Part shown: positions 19,517-29,741 of the stretch, in pieces | How positions within the stretch are numbered: the stretch's first letter is position 1 | How the letters are laid out: every line of letters starts with the position of its first letter | Assembly: GCA_963737905.1 (NCBI GenBank) | Contig: CAVTUQ010000038.1 | Location: 77,736-141,735 of the forward strand | From: an uncultured delta proteobacterium | GTDB taxonomy: Bacteria > Desulfobacterota > Binatia > UBA9968 | DNA length: 64,000 bases | Direction of reading: 5' to 3' | Notes under the pieces: generated by a model | The model's database searches: none | The model's input: only the letters and a program-made list of their open reading frames with translations | Told to the model about the DNA's origin: nothing | Translations under genes and position numbers: made by a program

Positions 19517-20560
19517 CTATAGGATCCGATTGAACCACAGGAGTGATAGCACCGCCGAAATCAGCGCAATGACGGCTGCCGCCGCAGAAAACAGGGCGCT
19601 GATTTCCATGTCCCTTTTTTCCAGTACGAGTTTTGCGCTTAGCGACTGATAGACCTTCTTCAGATCGGTTGCGGTGCCCGCGTAAAAATACTCGCCGCGC
19701 GTCATATTGGCGACCGCCTTGAGTGTTCCCTCATCGAGGTGGACACGCATGGACCAGCCTTCAAAGCCGATGGTCTCTCCGCTTGTCGTGCCGATCCCGA
19801 CGGTGAAGATACGAACGCCGCGGTCGGCGGCCATTTGGGCCGCCTCGATGGTGCTGGGGCCCGTGGTCCTCTGGCCGTCCGTGAGCAAAATGATGGCGGC
19901 GGATGGATAGGAGCCCGGTGGAACCGGCGTGAATGCTGGCTTCTCCGCTTTGCGAGTTTGATCGAGCGGAACGCCACGCGGAGTGTCCCGCCCATAAATC
20001 AACGAGCTGACATCGATACCTGCCTCCGGGAAAATCGTTGCCAGAGAGACGATGATGCCGCTGCCAATCGCGGTGGCGCGTTGGAGCTGGAAGCGATCGA
20101 TCGCCGCCAGAATGTCCTCGTGATTGTGGGTGGGCGGCTGCACGAGCGACGCCGTTCCGGCGAAGGACACCACGCCAATGCGTACATTTGAGGGCTGTTC
20201 GGCGACGAAGGCTTTCGCAGCGGCCTGCGCTGCGGCAATTCGATTGGGCTCAACGTCCCTGGCGCGCATGCTACCGGAGACGTCCATGGCGAGGATAATG
20301 GTGAGATGTTGGGATGGCAAGGTGACGACGGCAGCGGGACGGGCGATTGCGACGATCATTACGGTGAGCGCAACCAGGAAAAGCAGCGCAGGAATGTGGC
20401 GCCGCAGTCTCTGGCCCGCGCCCATCGCCTCCTTCACCATGCTCAAGCTGGCATAACTGAGCGCCGCTTGTTTTTTCCGGCGCAACAGAAAAACGTATCC
20501 GGCAACGAGCGCCGGCACCATCAGCAGCAGCCAAAGCATCTCAGGCCACAGAAACTTCAT
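19517..20560 (-). CDS. VWA domain membrane protein (BatA-like)
   Basis: N-terminal BatA-type TM; MIDAS DVSGSM...TAIG...LLTDG. Confidence 0.9.
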   Translation of the reverse strand: MKFLWPEMLWLLLMVPALVAGYVFLLRRKKQAALSYASLSMVKEAMGAGQRLRRHIPALLFLVALTVMIVAIARPAAVVTLPSQHLTIILAMDVSGSMRARDVEPNRIAAAQAAAKAFVAEQPSNVRIGVVSFAGTASLVQPPTHNHEDILAAIDRFQLQRATAIGSGIIVSLATIFPEAGIDVSSLIYGRDTPRGVPLDQTRKAEKPAFTPVPPGSYPSAAIILLTDGQRTTGPSTIEAAQMAADRGVRIFTVGIGTTSGETIGFEGWSMRVHLDEGTLKAVANMTRGEYFYAGTATDLKKVYQSLSAKLVLEKRDMEISALFSAAAAVIALISAVLSLLWFNRIL

Positions 20561-21449
20561 GTTTTCCTCTTAAGTGATGCGGCAGGCTTCCGCCCGCCGC
20601 CAACTGGCTTCGCCGCTTGCGCAGGTCGGCGAACCGCAGAATTGCATCGACGAGATCGTCGTTGGTGGACAACTCCAGCGCGTCCACGCCAGCCCGGCGG
20701 AATGCCGACCGGAGCTCCTGCTCACGCCGCTCGGCCACCGCTGCGAAACGCTTTCTAAAAGCTCGATCATGGGTGTCGACGAACAACCGTTCTCCGGTTT
20801 CGGCATCCCGCATCACGAGGAGCCCCAGATCGGGCAATTCCCGCTCCAACGGATCGTAGAGCCGAATCGCGATGATCTCGTGGCGCCGCGCCAGATGTGC
20901 CAGCGGCTCGGCCCAGCCGGGCGCACTAATGAAATCGGAGACGACGAAAACGAGGGATCGCCTTTGCATGACCCGAAAAGCGGTCTCCAGAAGATCGCGC
21001 AGGTTCGTCGCGGCCGAGTGGGAGCGCTCGGGCCGGGAAAGCAACCTGTGGAGGACGTGGAGCACGTGGCGCCGGCCGCTCCGCGCTGGAATCACCGTAT
21101 CTACGCTGTCGCCGTAAAACAGCGCCCCGATGCGATTGCCGTGACGGGTCAAGAGCCGCGCCAGTACAGTGACGAATTCGGTCGACACGGACCGCTTCTT
21201 CACCTGGGAGCCGAAATCCACGGAGGGGCTCAGGTCCAGCAGGAACCACGCCGTAACTTCTCGATCTTCATTGTAAACCCTCACATGGGGTATCTGGAGA
21301 CGCGCGGTGACGTTCCAATCGATGTAACGGACATCATCGTGATACTGGTACTCGCGCAGATCGGCCAGGTCCAGCCCAAAACCGCGAAACAAGGTTTGGT
21401 AATCGCCGTGCAGCAGCCCGTCCAGGCGACGAATCACGGTCCATTCCAA
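20541..21449 (-). CDS. DUF58 family protein (MoxR-associated); true start uncertain
   Basis: REYQYHDDVRYIDWNVTAR and VVSDF motifs; frame stays open upstream (AEAILRR) to a TAA near 21496 without an ATG. Confidence 0.88.
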   Translation of the reverse strand: MEWTVIRRLDGLLHGDYQTLFRGFGLDLADLREYQYHDDVRYIDWNVTARLQIPHVRVYNEDREVTAWFLLDLSPSVDFGSQVKKRSVSTEFVTVLARLLTRHGNRIGALFYGDSVDTVIPARSGRRHVLHVLHRLLSRPERSHSAATNLRDLLETAFRVMQRRSLVFVVSDFISAPGWAEPLAHLARRHEIIAIRLYDPLERELPDLGLLVMRDAETGERLFVDTHDRAFRKRFAAVAERREQELRSAFRRAGVDALELSTNDDLVDAILRFADLRKRRSQLAAGGSLPHHLRGKHEVSVA

Positions 21450-21503
21450 GCGCCGCAGTATGGCCTCAGCCCCGGGGGCGGCTATGCGTGTGGCTTATCG
21501 CTG

Positions 21504-21560
21504 TCTCGGGTTCCGAGTCTCGGGTCTAAACGCGAAACCCGAAACTCTAGACTCGAAACT
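21504..21560. repeat. Intergenic degenerate heptamer repeats in inverted arrangement
   Basis: TCTCGGG TTCCGAG TCTCGGG ... CGCGAAA CCCGAAA CTCTAGA CTCGAAA. Confidence 0.6.
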
Positions 21561-21569
21561 CCCGATCCG

Positions 21570-22586
21570 TTAGGAGCTGGCAGCGACTTTGACATGGGTC
21601 TCCAGCGGCTTATCGGGAGCCGGGATGTGCTGCATGATACGATGGATCAGTTGATCTGACGTCATCGCTTCGGCGAGGGCCTCATAGGTTAATACGAGCC
21701 GGTGCCGAAATACGTCAGGCACTAGATCCGTCACGTCATCGGGCAAGACATAGGTTCGCCCGCGCAGGAACGCCAACGCCCGTGCGCCCTCAATGAGATT
21801 GATCGAGGCGCGCGGACTCGCGCCGAATGACACGTACTTCGCCAGGTCGCTGACACCGTAGCGATCCGGATCCCGCGTAGCGGAGGCGAGCCGCACCGCA
21901 TGTTGCTTGAGCGCCGGGTCCACATAGACGCTCCGGCACTCGCGCTGCAGCTCGCTCAATTGCTCTGTCGTGGCCATAGGGACGACATCGTTGGGAACGC
22001 CGGTGACCCGGTCGACGATAACGAACTCCTCTTCCTCGGTCGGATACCCGACGAGCACCTTCATCATGAACCGGTCCACTTGCGCCTCGGGCAACGGGTA
22101 GGTTCCCTCCGTCTCGATGGGATTCTGCGTGGCCATTACCAGGAACGGCTCAGGGACTCGGTGACTCTCGCCGGCGATCGTAACTTGGCGTTCCTGCATC
22201 ACCTCCAGCAAGGCACTTTGCACTTTCGCCGGCGCCCGGTTGATCTCATCGGCAAGAAGAAGATTGGTGAAGACGGGCCCCAACGAGGTGGTGAAGTCGC
22301 CGGTCTTCTGGTTGTAGATGCGAGTTCCCACCAGATCCGCCGGAACGAGATCCGGCGTGAATTGAATTCTTTTGAACGACCCGCGAATGGTTCTGGCGAG
22401 GGTCTTGACCGTAAGGGTTTTGGCGAGCCCCGGGACGCCCTCGACGAGCAGATGCCCCTGCGCCAGCACGGCTACCAGCACACGCTCCAGGAAATGATCC
22501 TGGCCGACGATGACCTTCTTTACTTCGTAGAGAATGCGCTCCATGAGTGAAGCAATTTCGCTGCGGCTCGTTTCTTTGTTGTTCAT
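21570..22586 (-). CDS. moxR: MoxR family AAA+ ATPase
   Basis: EGVPGLAKT, RIQFTPDL, LADEINRA and ATQNPIE.EGTYPLPEAQ.DRF. Confidence 0.95.
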   Translation of the reverse strand: MNNKETSRSEIASLMERILYEVKKVIVGQDHFLERVLVAVLAQGHLLVEGVPGLAKTLTVKTLARTIRGSFKRIQFTPDLVPADLVGTRIYNQKTGDFTTSLGPVFTNLLLADEINRAPAKVQSALLEVMQERQVTIAGESHRVPEPFLVMATQNPIETEGTYPLPEAQVDRFMMKVLVGYPTEEEEFVIVDRVTGVPNDVVPMATTEQLSELQRECRSVYVDPALKQHAVRLASATRDPDRYGVSDLAKYVSFGASPRASINLIEGARALAFLRGRTYVLPDDVTDLVPDVFRHRLVLTYEALAEAMTSDQLIHRIMQHIPAPDKPLETHVKVAASS

Positions 22587-22618
22587 ATCTTCCTGCGCGT
22601 TGCGTTTTTGCTGTCGGG

Positions 22619-23563
22619 CTAGAACGGCGGTAATCCCACAGCAGCTGCTGCATTCTCGATGGGAACCGCAAATCCAATGCCCACGAAAACCCGCTGATTG
22701 GTCGGGTTGAGAATGCCGGTGACGATGCCAACGACCTCGCCGTCTAGGGTCACCAGCGGCCCGCCGGAATTTCCGGGATTAGCCGCCGCGTCGAACTGGA
22801 TGAGATTCGTCAGCAGGCGCTTCCCTTCCGGGGAGCGGAATTCTCGCCGCAAACCGGACACCACTCCCGCTGTCACCGAAGGGCCGATGCCGAACGGAAA
22901 GCCCACGGCAACGACTTGGTCGCCCAGTTTGAGGTCTGCGGTGGATCGCATGGTGGCCGCGAAAAGATCGTCGGGTATCGTTTGCGCCTGAAGCACGGCC
23001 AAATCGTGCTCCGGCCGTACGCCGGTTACCGTAGCATCGGATTCAAGTCCGTCGGCGAACACAACTTGCACCCGCTTGGCGCCGAGCACAACGTGGAGAT
23101 TGGTGAGGATAGTGCCTTTATCGACGATGACCACTCCAGTGCCAACGCTCTTCTCGGTGTTCTCGCCGCCGGCTTTGTCAGGTCCTAACCCACGCACCCG
23201 AACAATGGACGGCCGAATCACCTCGTACGCCTTCGCTGCGGGTGACGGAAGGGTGTTGGTCTCCAGCGTGTGAAGCACCGCGGCGCGGATATCTTCCTGG
23301 GTGATCGGGCGGGGTGAAGGCGTGATCGTCGCATAGGTAAACAGCAGGAGGAGTGCGAGCAGGCCGCCGCCGGCGAACCATAGGAGCCGTCCATGGCGTG
23401 CGCAGAAGTTTCGCCATGAGAAGCGGTGCGCTTCGCCGGCGACTTGAGCGGACGGCTTTTCGCTTGTCCGATCGGGTTTTTGGAATGGATCCGGATGATG
23501 GGCCGGAGTTGCCCGCCCGGTCATCGACGAACGGCTAGAACTATAAAGCGTTATCCTTTTCAT
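22619..23563 (-). CDS. Membrane-anchored trypsin-like (S1C) serine protease without PDZ domain
   Basis: TNLHVV, DLAVL and QFDAAANPGNSGGPL triad; single TM; ends right after the protease domain. Confidence 0.9.
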   Translation of the reverse strand: MKRITLYSSSRSSMTGRATPAHHPDPFQKPDRTSEKPSAQVAGEAHRFSWRNFCARHGRLLWFAGGGLLALLLLFTYATITPSPRPITQEDIRAAVLHTLETNTLPSPAAKAYEVIRPSIVRVRGLGPDKAGGENTEKSVGTGVVIVDKGTILTNLHVVLGAKRVQVVFADGLESDATVTGVRPEHDLAVLQAQTIPDDLFAATMRSTADLKLGDQVVAVGFPFGIGPSVTAGVVSGLRREFRSPEGKRLLTNLIQFDAAANPGNSGGPLVTLDGEVVGIVTGILNPTNQRVFVGIGFAVPIENAAAAVGLPPF

Positions 23564-23904
23564 ATGTGGCTCATCGGCTCACTCGCAAATGAGTGTTAAA
23601 GTAAAAGATATTTATCTTCTATCTATACTAACGCCTGTTAGCTTTAAAGCTATCCCAGTTATTAGCGACTGTCCAGCGTTAACGATTTGCCGGAACGTCG
23701 AGGAACCGTTTGATCGGCGCGGGCCCGCGCCGCCGCTTTAAGCGCCGTATCGCTAAGCCATTCGCGAGCGGCAGCGGATTGCGTTTCAGGCTTTTCCTTG
23801 ACACGAATGGAGGAGGGCGATTTTAGTAGGTTTTCTGGATTTCCTAATTTCACAAACGAATTGCAAGATTTCGGAGATCAGGGGAAAGCTCTTTATAACT
23901 CTCG

Positions 23905-24627
23905 ATGAATTATGAATCCACCGCAGACACTTCGCCAAGACAAAATGGACTGGCCATAGCGCTATCTCACCTCGATGACCGCGGGTTTGTGGTCATTCCC
24001 GCGGTTCTCTCGCAGAGGGCATGTGAAGAGATAACGAGGGTTTATGCCGACGACCGGCAATTTCGTAGTCGGATCGAAATGGAACACTATGCCTTCGGCA
24101 AGGGCGAGTACAAATATTTCGCTTATCCACTACCCTTAATTGTTCAGCAGCTCCGGGATTCCCTTTATCCCCGTCTTGTGCCCCTCGCCAACGAGTGGCT
24201 TTCTCGCCTGGGGAGCAAGAGATCTCGGTACCCTGAAAAGCTATCGGAGTTTAGCGACCAATGTCACCGGGCAGGTCAGACACGACCCACACCGCTAATG
24301 CTGAAATACGGTGCCGGCGATTTCAATTGTCTGCACCAGGATTTGTACGGCGAGATGGTTTTTCCTTTTCAAGTCACTTTCTTCTTAAGCCGGCGCGGCA
24401 AGGATTTTGCGGGCGGAGAATTTATTGTTGCCGAACAGCGGCCCCGCAGGCAGACGCGGATCGAAGCGCTTTCGCCAGACCAAGGCGACGCGGTTATTTT
24501 TGCAGTTCATCATCGTCCCGTTCGGAGCGCCCGAGGTTACTACCGAGCCAACCTGCGTCACGGGGTGAGCACCGTTCACTCCGGCGAGAGATACACCTTA
24601 GGGATTATTTTCCACGATGCAAAATAA
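23905..24627 (+). CDS. 2OG-Fe(II) oxygenase (DUF2086-like)
   Basis: GEYKYF, LHQDLYG, EQRPR.Q and RHGVS...R.TLGIIFHDA. Confidence 0.88.
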   Translation: MNYESTADTSPRQNGLAIALSHLDDRGFVVIPAVLSQRACEEITRVYADDRQFRSRIEMEHYAFGKGEYKYFAYPLPLIVQQLRDSLYPRLVPLANEWLSRLGSKRSRYPEKLSEFSDQCHRAGQTRPTPLMLKYGAGDFNCLHQDLYGEMVFPFQVTFFLSRRGKDFAGGEFIVAEQRPRRQTRIEALSPDQGDAVIFAVHHRPVRSARGYYRANLRHGVSTVHSGERYTLGIIFHDAK

Positions 24628-24658
24628 GGGGAATTCGCGGGATAACGCGTAGTTGCGA

Positions 24659-25603
24659 TTAGTTTTGGCCCAGCCGCTTCAGTTCGGTGCTGGCTCCGTG
24701 GGATTCATAAAAGTTCGACGGGCAACCCTTCTCCGCGGCGCGCAGCAAGGGAATCGCCGCGCTGACCTGCGCTCTGAAAAGTCTGGACTCTCCGGCATGG
24801 AAATTCGCCGCACACGTCATTTCATTTTTCATCTTGGGATCGGGGTTGTTGGCTGCTGCGAACATGGCCTTCTCGTCGATTCTTCCCAGATGAAAATCTA
24901 TGATAGGCGCGGGCCAACGACGCTCCTTGAGGTTTGCTGCGTCGACCTCTAGATCGCGAGCAGCGGCTAGAGCGTTACCGATCTTGGCTTCCGCCAGATA
25001 ACGAAAGAGAATGACCCACGTGTCATCCGGGTTAGATTTCGTGTAGGTCTCAAACATCTCGGCGCTTTGGGTCATTCGGCCCAGGTAGAAAAATAAGAAA
25101 CCTTTAGCGCGCTCTGCGGCAAACTTTGGATCTGCCTGCGTCGCCGCCTCGTAATCGGCGAGCGCCTGTTCATACTGGCGCTTGGCCTCGTATGCCTTGG
25201 CACGCCTTATCAAGGCGGGACCATGGCTGGGATTGCGTTTGAGAGCTTCATCGAAGCCGTCGATAGCACGGTCGTAGTCATTCTTTTCAAAATACGCGCT
25301 CCCACGACGATAGAAGCAATCCGCATCGGCCAGACCCAAGCGTATGGCCTGGTCGTAGTCTTCAATGGCGCGATCGTAGTCTTTCTTTTTGTAGTAGGCG
25401 AAGCCGCGGTGATTGAAGGCAGCGGCAAGCTCTTGATCCGAGATTTCAGTTAGTTGGATAGCCGCCGTGCAATGATCGATGGCCAGATCAAAATCGTTTC
25501 GTTCGGCTTCGACTGCGCACTTGTTAACTTCGCCGTCTGAATGCGCCCGCGCGGCATCTCCGAAAGCGAGTAATGCAATGAACAACAAAATCACTCTCAA
25601 CAT
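24659..25603 (-). CDS. TPR-repeat exported protein, NlpI-like
   Basis: Signal peptide, tandem TPRs (DYDRAIEDYDQAI) and NlpI-like C-terminus (WPAPII.F.LG, CAANF.AGE). Confidence 0.8.
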   Translation of the reverse strand: MLRVILLFIALLAFGDAARAHSDGEVNKCAVEAERNDFDLAIDHCTAAIQLTEISDQELAAAFNHRGFAYYKKKDYDRAIEDYDQAIRLGLADADCFYRRGSAYFEKNDYDRAIDGFDEALKRNPSHGPALIRRAKAYEAKRQYEQALADYEAATQADPKFAAERAKGFLFFYLGRMTQSAEMFETYTKSNPDDTWVILFRYLAEAKIGNALAAARDLEVDAANLKERRWPAPIIDFHLGRIDEKAMFAAANNPDPKMKNEMTCAANFHAGESRLFRAQVSAAIPLLRAAEKGCPSNFYESHGASTELKRLGQN

Positions 25604-25893
25604 GAGGACTCCCATTTGTCTCTGGGGTTTTCGGGTTACCTGTCGATTCGAAGTTTTGAATATGAGCAACCGATATGCCATCAAACCGGGTGATTTCGGT
25701 TTGATGGCCACGCTGCAATTAGAAGTAAGAGGGGAATTTAGCGGAATTTTCTCAGAAGCTGTGAAATGGGTGAGGTATCCACCGGTAGACGAAATTGTCC
25801 GCTGCCGGTAAGAAACGACCGGATTTGCAGGCCGGGTCGAGGATGAAGGCTAGCTTGATCCGGGGGAGAAAGAGGGAGCGAGAGCCGCAATTA

Positions 25894-26919
25894 TTAATGC
25901 GGTGCGGTCACCGCGAGAGTTAAAATCCTCTGGATCATCCTGGGATACGTGAAGCCCACTTTCATGGCAGACTGGGCAAATTCATCATCACGATCCAAGT
26001 TCGGATTTGGATTGGCTTCCAGAATTACGATCTCGCCATCCGGGGTGATGCGCAAGTCGATCCGCCCGTAGCCGCGAATCCGCAGCGCTCGATAGGTTGA
26101 TCTACAGATCTTCGCTACGCGTTGATGTATGCCGTTCGGCAGCGGTTCGGCAAAAATGTTTTGGATGCCCCAGCGCTTGCGATAAGCGTCGTCCCACTTG
26201 GCTTTGAACGTCGAGAACTTCGGCTGCCCTTCGGGAACTTCGGAGAAGATCACCTCGCGGTAGGGAAAGACGCGCAGACGATCGTTGCCTAAAATACTGA
26301 CGTAAAGTTCCCGTCCCTCGATGTATTCCTCCGCCAGGGCTTCCTGGTTCAGCCGTTCGTGGATAAAGCGAATCCGTTCTTCGAACCCGGGATCGTTATC
26401 GACGAACGAATCCAGCGAAATACCGACGGAGCCTTCTTCTTTGAGCGGCTTGATGAAGAGCGGGAATCTGAGTCGCTTGGGTCTCTTGATGCTCGAACCG
26501 GGAGAGAAAATAGCAAAGTTCGGAACGCGAATGTCGTGATAAGCCAGGAGTTCCTTGGCCATCCCTTTGTTCTTACACAATGTCAGTCCCGTGGGGCTTG
26601 AGCCGGTATAGGGCACGTCCATCATTTCGAGCAAACCGGCTACGTTCCGATCGTAGGCTGAGACTTCATTAAAGTGCTCGGTGAGGTTGAAGACGACATC
26701 GGGAGGATTGGTTTTGATCTCGTCGATGATCATTCCTGGCTCATCCCACACACCGATGGTCCGAACTTCGTGCCCGAGTTTCTTGAGCGCGCTGATGACG
26801 TGGGCTTCGGCTGCCCAGTCATCGGTTTTCAATTCCTTGGTGAAATCCTGATCCGGCGGGGGCGTGCCCGCCGTATCGAACAGGACCAACACTTTGTATC
26901 GCTTTTTGGCCCGAACCAT
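25894..26919 (-). CDS. D-Ala-D-Ala ligase-like ATP-grasp protein
   Basis: VFNLTE, PYTGS, FPLFIKP..E.GS.GI, EEYIEGRE, YGRID.R and EANPNP. Confidence 0.85.
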   Translation of the reverse strand: MVRAKKRYKVLVLFDTAGTPPPDQDFTKELKTDDWAAEAHVISALKKLGHEVRTIGVWDEPGMIIDEIKTNPPDVVFNLTEHFNEVSAYDRNVAGLLEMMDVPYTGSSPTGLTLCKNKGMAKELLAYHDIRVPNFAIFSPGSSIKRPKRLRFPLFIKPLKEEGSVGISLDSFVDNDPGFEERIRFIHERLNQEALAEEYIEGRELYVSILGNDRLRVFPYREVIFSEVPEGQPKFSTFKAKWDDAYRKRWGIQNIFAEPLPNGIHQRVAKICRSTYRALRIRGYGRIDLRITPDGEIVILEANPNPNLDRDDEFAQSAMKVGFTYPRMIQRILTLAVTAPH

Positions 26920-26921
26920 GA

Positions 26922-27977
26922 TCAGGAAGCTTTGAACTTGCCGGTCAGACGATAGTGTGAAGCCAAAGTAGCCAGGTAGGCGGCAATTTCGACGCCGGCA
27001 GCGTCCGATCGAAGTCGCAAGTCCAATTCGGAGCAACGCTCCGCCAACGCCCGCAGCAGGCGGTCCAGTGTGAACTTCGGCTCGCCCGTCCAAGCGGAGA
27101 CCGCGTTCAGAATCGGTTTTGTCGAGCGACGCAGAAAAGTCGACGCTCGCTCGGTGTTAGGCGAAGCAGAGGAATCGACAAACAATTTCTTGAGGTCGGC
27201 GTCAAAAAAGTCGGGAAACTCCTGCGCATAGGTGTGTCGCCGGCGCTTGTAATAGAGTGCCAATCGGGATCGAAGCCGGGACGCCTCGCTCATCTTGGTC
27301 CTTGAAAAAACCAACGGCGGTTTGCCGGCGAGCTTGGCCATTAGACTATCCACGTACTCCAACTTCTCCAGGGCCTTCCAATCCTTATACTGTTGCTTCC
27401 AGTCCAAATCCGGCGTGAGCCAAATGGCGACGGTTTCAGCGAAATCTTCCTCGGGATGGCTTTGGGCGTACCAGCCGCCCAGGTGACGCACAAATCGCTT
27501 GCTGTAGGGGCGAGCGCGAAAGCTTTCCGAGTATTCCAACGACGGCGGCCCGAATAACTTTTGCCAGCGGGTTTCTTTTTCCAGCAGATAGGCGTGATTC
27601 AGGACATGTCCCATCTCATGGCGCAAAAGGCTCATACACCACGCTTCTGTGCCCCCCTCCACTTCCATCATCATCTTCTCCTCGAGCCTTTTCAGTCGTG
27701 GATGGGCGAGATAAAAGGGGATGGCGATGGTCGCGCAGCCTTCGGGACAAAACCATTCGTCGCCGAGATAACAGAGGGGCTTGAAGCCGATCCCTTTCGC
27801 GGCAAGCTCGCTGAAAAATTTTTGGATCCGCGATTCGAGTTCGGTACCGGCAATTTTGAGTTTCAGATCGCAGATCCGCATCTGCAGGAGTTCGTCATCG
27901 TTCAAGCCTGCCAGTTCCGGCAAAGGAGCCCCCGCCTTCGCCGACTCCGGTTGTTGTTTGCCTTCCGAGGCGTCCAT
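26922..27977 (-). CDS. Putative zinc-binding metallopeptidase (Peptidase_Mx-like)
   Basis: LRHEMGH (HExxH) plus YAQSHPEEDFAET motif. Confidence 0.82.
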   Translation of the reverse strand: MDASEGKQQPESAKAGAPLPELAGLNDDELLQMRICDLKLKIAGTELESRIQKFFSELAAKGIGFKPLCYLGDEWFCPEGCATIAIPFYLAHPRLKRLEEKMMMEVEGGTEAWCMSLLRHEMGHVLNHAYLLEKETRWQKLFGPPSLEYSESFRARPYSKRFVRHLGGWYAQSHPEEDFAETVAIWLTPDLDWKQQYKDWKALEKLEYVDSLMAKLAGKPPLVFSRTKMSEASRLRSRLALYYKRRRHTYAQEFPDFFDADLKKLFVDSSASPNTERASTFLRRSTKPILNAVSAWTGEPKFTLDRLLRALAERCSELDLRLRSDAAGVEIAAYLATLASHYRLTGKFKAS

Positions 27978-28081
27978 CCCAGATATTTTAGCAGAGGGGG
28001 CTTAAAGCGGCTACTTAGACGAGATGGAGTGATGGAGTCATAGATGGAACGGCCGTGGTTGACGTTCGAGCGAGGGTCGCG

Positions 28082-28579
28082 CTAGGGCGCCACCGTGCCG
28101 GGTCTCTGCGGTACTTTTCCGTCCAGTTCATCTTCGATATTGCCGTAGATGTAGTAAGGGTTGGAGACGGATTTGCGATACTCTTCCGGCGGAACGTTAC
28201 AATAGACCTCTAACTGGTTGCCATCGGGATCGAAGAAATAAATGCTCTTGGCGACTCCATGAAAAACAGTATGGCGAATTTTTACGTTGTTTTCTTTAAA
28301 GCGGCGATAAACTTCCTGCAACTCAACGAAACTCGCGACTTCGAAGGAGACGTGCTCCATCCCTATCTGTTCGGGGTTCGGCATGGGCGCGCCTTCCTTG
28401 GCTTCGCGAATCGCCAGCATATGGTGATTATCGACCACGTCGCTGCTGAAAAAGAGCATGCCGCGATCATTTTGACCGACCTGGGGAAAACCCAAGACGT
28501 CCGTGAAGAATTTCCGCGAAGATTCGAGATTTTTCACTTTCAAAACCAAATGACCGACTCGTTTAATTCTAAACGCCAT
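28082..28579 (-). CDS. VOC/glyoxalase family protein
   Basis: GHLVLKV, HHMLA, MEHVSF and SIYFFDPDGNQLE. Confidence 0.88.
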   Translation of the reverse strand: MAFRIKRVGHLVLKVKNLESSRKFFTDVLGFPQVGQNDRGMLFFSSDVVDNHHMLAIREAKEGAPMPNPEQIGMEHVSFEVASFVELQEVYRRFKENNVKIRHTVFHGVAKSIYFFDPDGNQLEVYCNVPPEEYRKSVSNPYYIYGNIEDELDGKVPQRPGTVAP

Positions 28580-28599
28580 GTTTCTATCCTCCGTTTTTT

Positions 28600-29571
28600 C
28601 TACATGGTCAACATGACCTTGCCGAAGTGCTCGCGCCCTTCGAGATAACGCTGAGCGGCGCGGGCTTCCGCCAACGGAAAGCTTTTGCCGATCACGACTT
28701 GAAATTTTTTCTCCTGGATAAGCTTTAAAATATCGTCGAGCTGTTTGAAATCTTCCGGCTTCGACTTTAGATAATTGGTAATCGAAAATCGCGTCGCTTT
28801 TCGACCGTCACTGAGATCCGGCAGCGGATCCGGAATCGCGCCAAAGGCGCCGCCGATGGAGAAAAGACGGCCGCCGGGCGCGAGTGCCTGCAAGCTTTTC
28901 TGAAAAACTTCGCCGCCGATCATTTCCAACACGACATCAACGCCACGATTGTTGGTGACGCGCATGACTTCCGGCAGAAAATCGGTTTCGGAGACGTCGA
29001 TGGTAACGTCGGCCCCCAGTTGTCGCAGTCTTCGACATTTCTCTTCGCTGCCGGAGGTCGCGACGACTTTCGCGCCCAGATGCTTGGCGATTTGGATCGC
29101 GGCATTGCCGACGCCGCTGCTCCCTCCTTGCACCAGCAGCCAGTCGCCGGCTTTGAGTTTGCCGTCCGTCAACAAGCCGAACCACGCGGTAAGACATACG
29201 GTGGGCGTTGCCGCCGCCTGGGCCGAGGTGACTCCGTCGGGGACGGGCCGCGCTTCGGAGGTTTTGGCGACCGCGTATTCCGCGTAACCGCCGAGACTCG
29301 GATAGGCAACGACACGCTGGCCTGCTTGGTATTCGTTAACGCCGGCACCTAGCTTTTCGACGGTGCCGGCGAATTCGCGACCCGGAATGAGCGGGAGCGC
29401 ATCGGCGGAAATACGATAGGTGCCCTTGCGCAGGCCGAGATCCGCGCGGTTCAAGGACGCCGCTTCGACTTTGATCAGAATCTCGCCCGCTTTGGGCTCG
29501 GGTACCGGGACATCTTCGTATTGGAGAGCGTCTTCCGTGGGGCCGAATTTGTGGATGCGAATGGCTTTCAT
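28600..29571 (-). CDS. NADPH:quinone oxidoreductase (zeta-crystallin/MDR family)
   Basis: SLNRAD...G.E.AG, GGYAEY, GGSSGVG and GKVML. Confidence 0.9.
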   Translation of the reverse strand: MKAIRIHKFGPTEDALQYEDVPVPEPKAGEILIKVEAASLNRADLGLRKGTYRISADALPLIPGREFAGTVEKLGAGVNEYQAGQRVVAYPSLGGYAEYAVAKTSEARPVPDGVTSAQAAATPTVCLTAWFGLLTDGKLKAGDWLLVQGGSSGVGNAAIQIAKHLGAKVVATSGSEEKCRRLRQLGADVTIDVSETDFLPEVMRVTNNRGVDVVLEMIGGEVFQKSLQALAPGGRLFSIGGAFGAIPDPLPDLSDGRKATRFSITNYLKSKPEDFKQLDDILKLIQEKKFQVVIGKSFPLAEARAAQRYLEGREHFGKVMLTM

Positions 29572-29674
29572 CGCTTTCGCCTCCTTTAACACTGTATTGA
29601 AGAAAGCTTAGACAGGATAACGTCTCTCTGTCAACGCGGAAAAGCTAGAGCACCCGCACGATTCACTTTGGTGC

Positions 29675-29703
29675 TTGCCTCGGTGGAGATAAGCGATTAT
29701 CCT
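29675..29703 (+). promoter_or_regulatory. Sigma70-type promoter for the leader peptide / tRNA-Gln transcript
   Basis: TTGCCT (29675-29680), 17 bp, TATCCT (29698-29703); ATG lies 8 nt downstream, i.e. near +1. Confidence 0.55.
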
Positions 29704-29711
29704 GATTTCAA

Positions 29712-29741
29712 ATGAACACTAGCCAGCAACAAACCCTGTAG
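29712..29741 (+). CDS. Putative Gln-rich attenuator leader peptide MNTSQQQTL (probably leaderless)
   Basis: ATG AAC ACT AGC CAG CAA CAA ACC CTG TAG; stop codon abuts the first hairpin; ends 86 nt before tRNA-Gln. Confidence 0.65.
   Translation: MNTSQQQTL

Noticed and set aside
23662-23853. 63-aa minus-strand ORF and nearby short palindromes
   Set aside because: No motif or clear RBS; palindromes such as TAGCTTTAAAGCTA cannot be assigned to a regulator.
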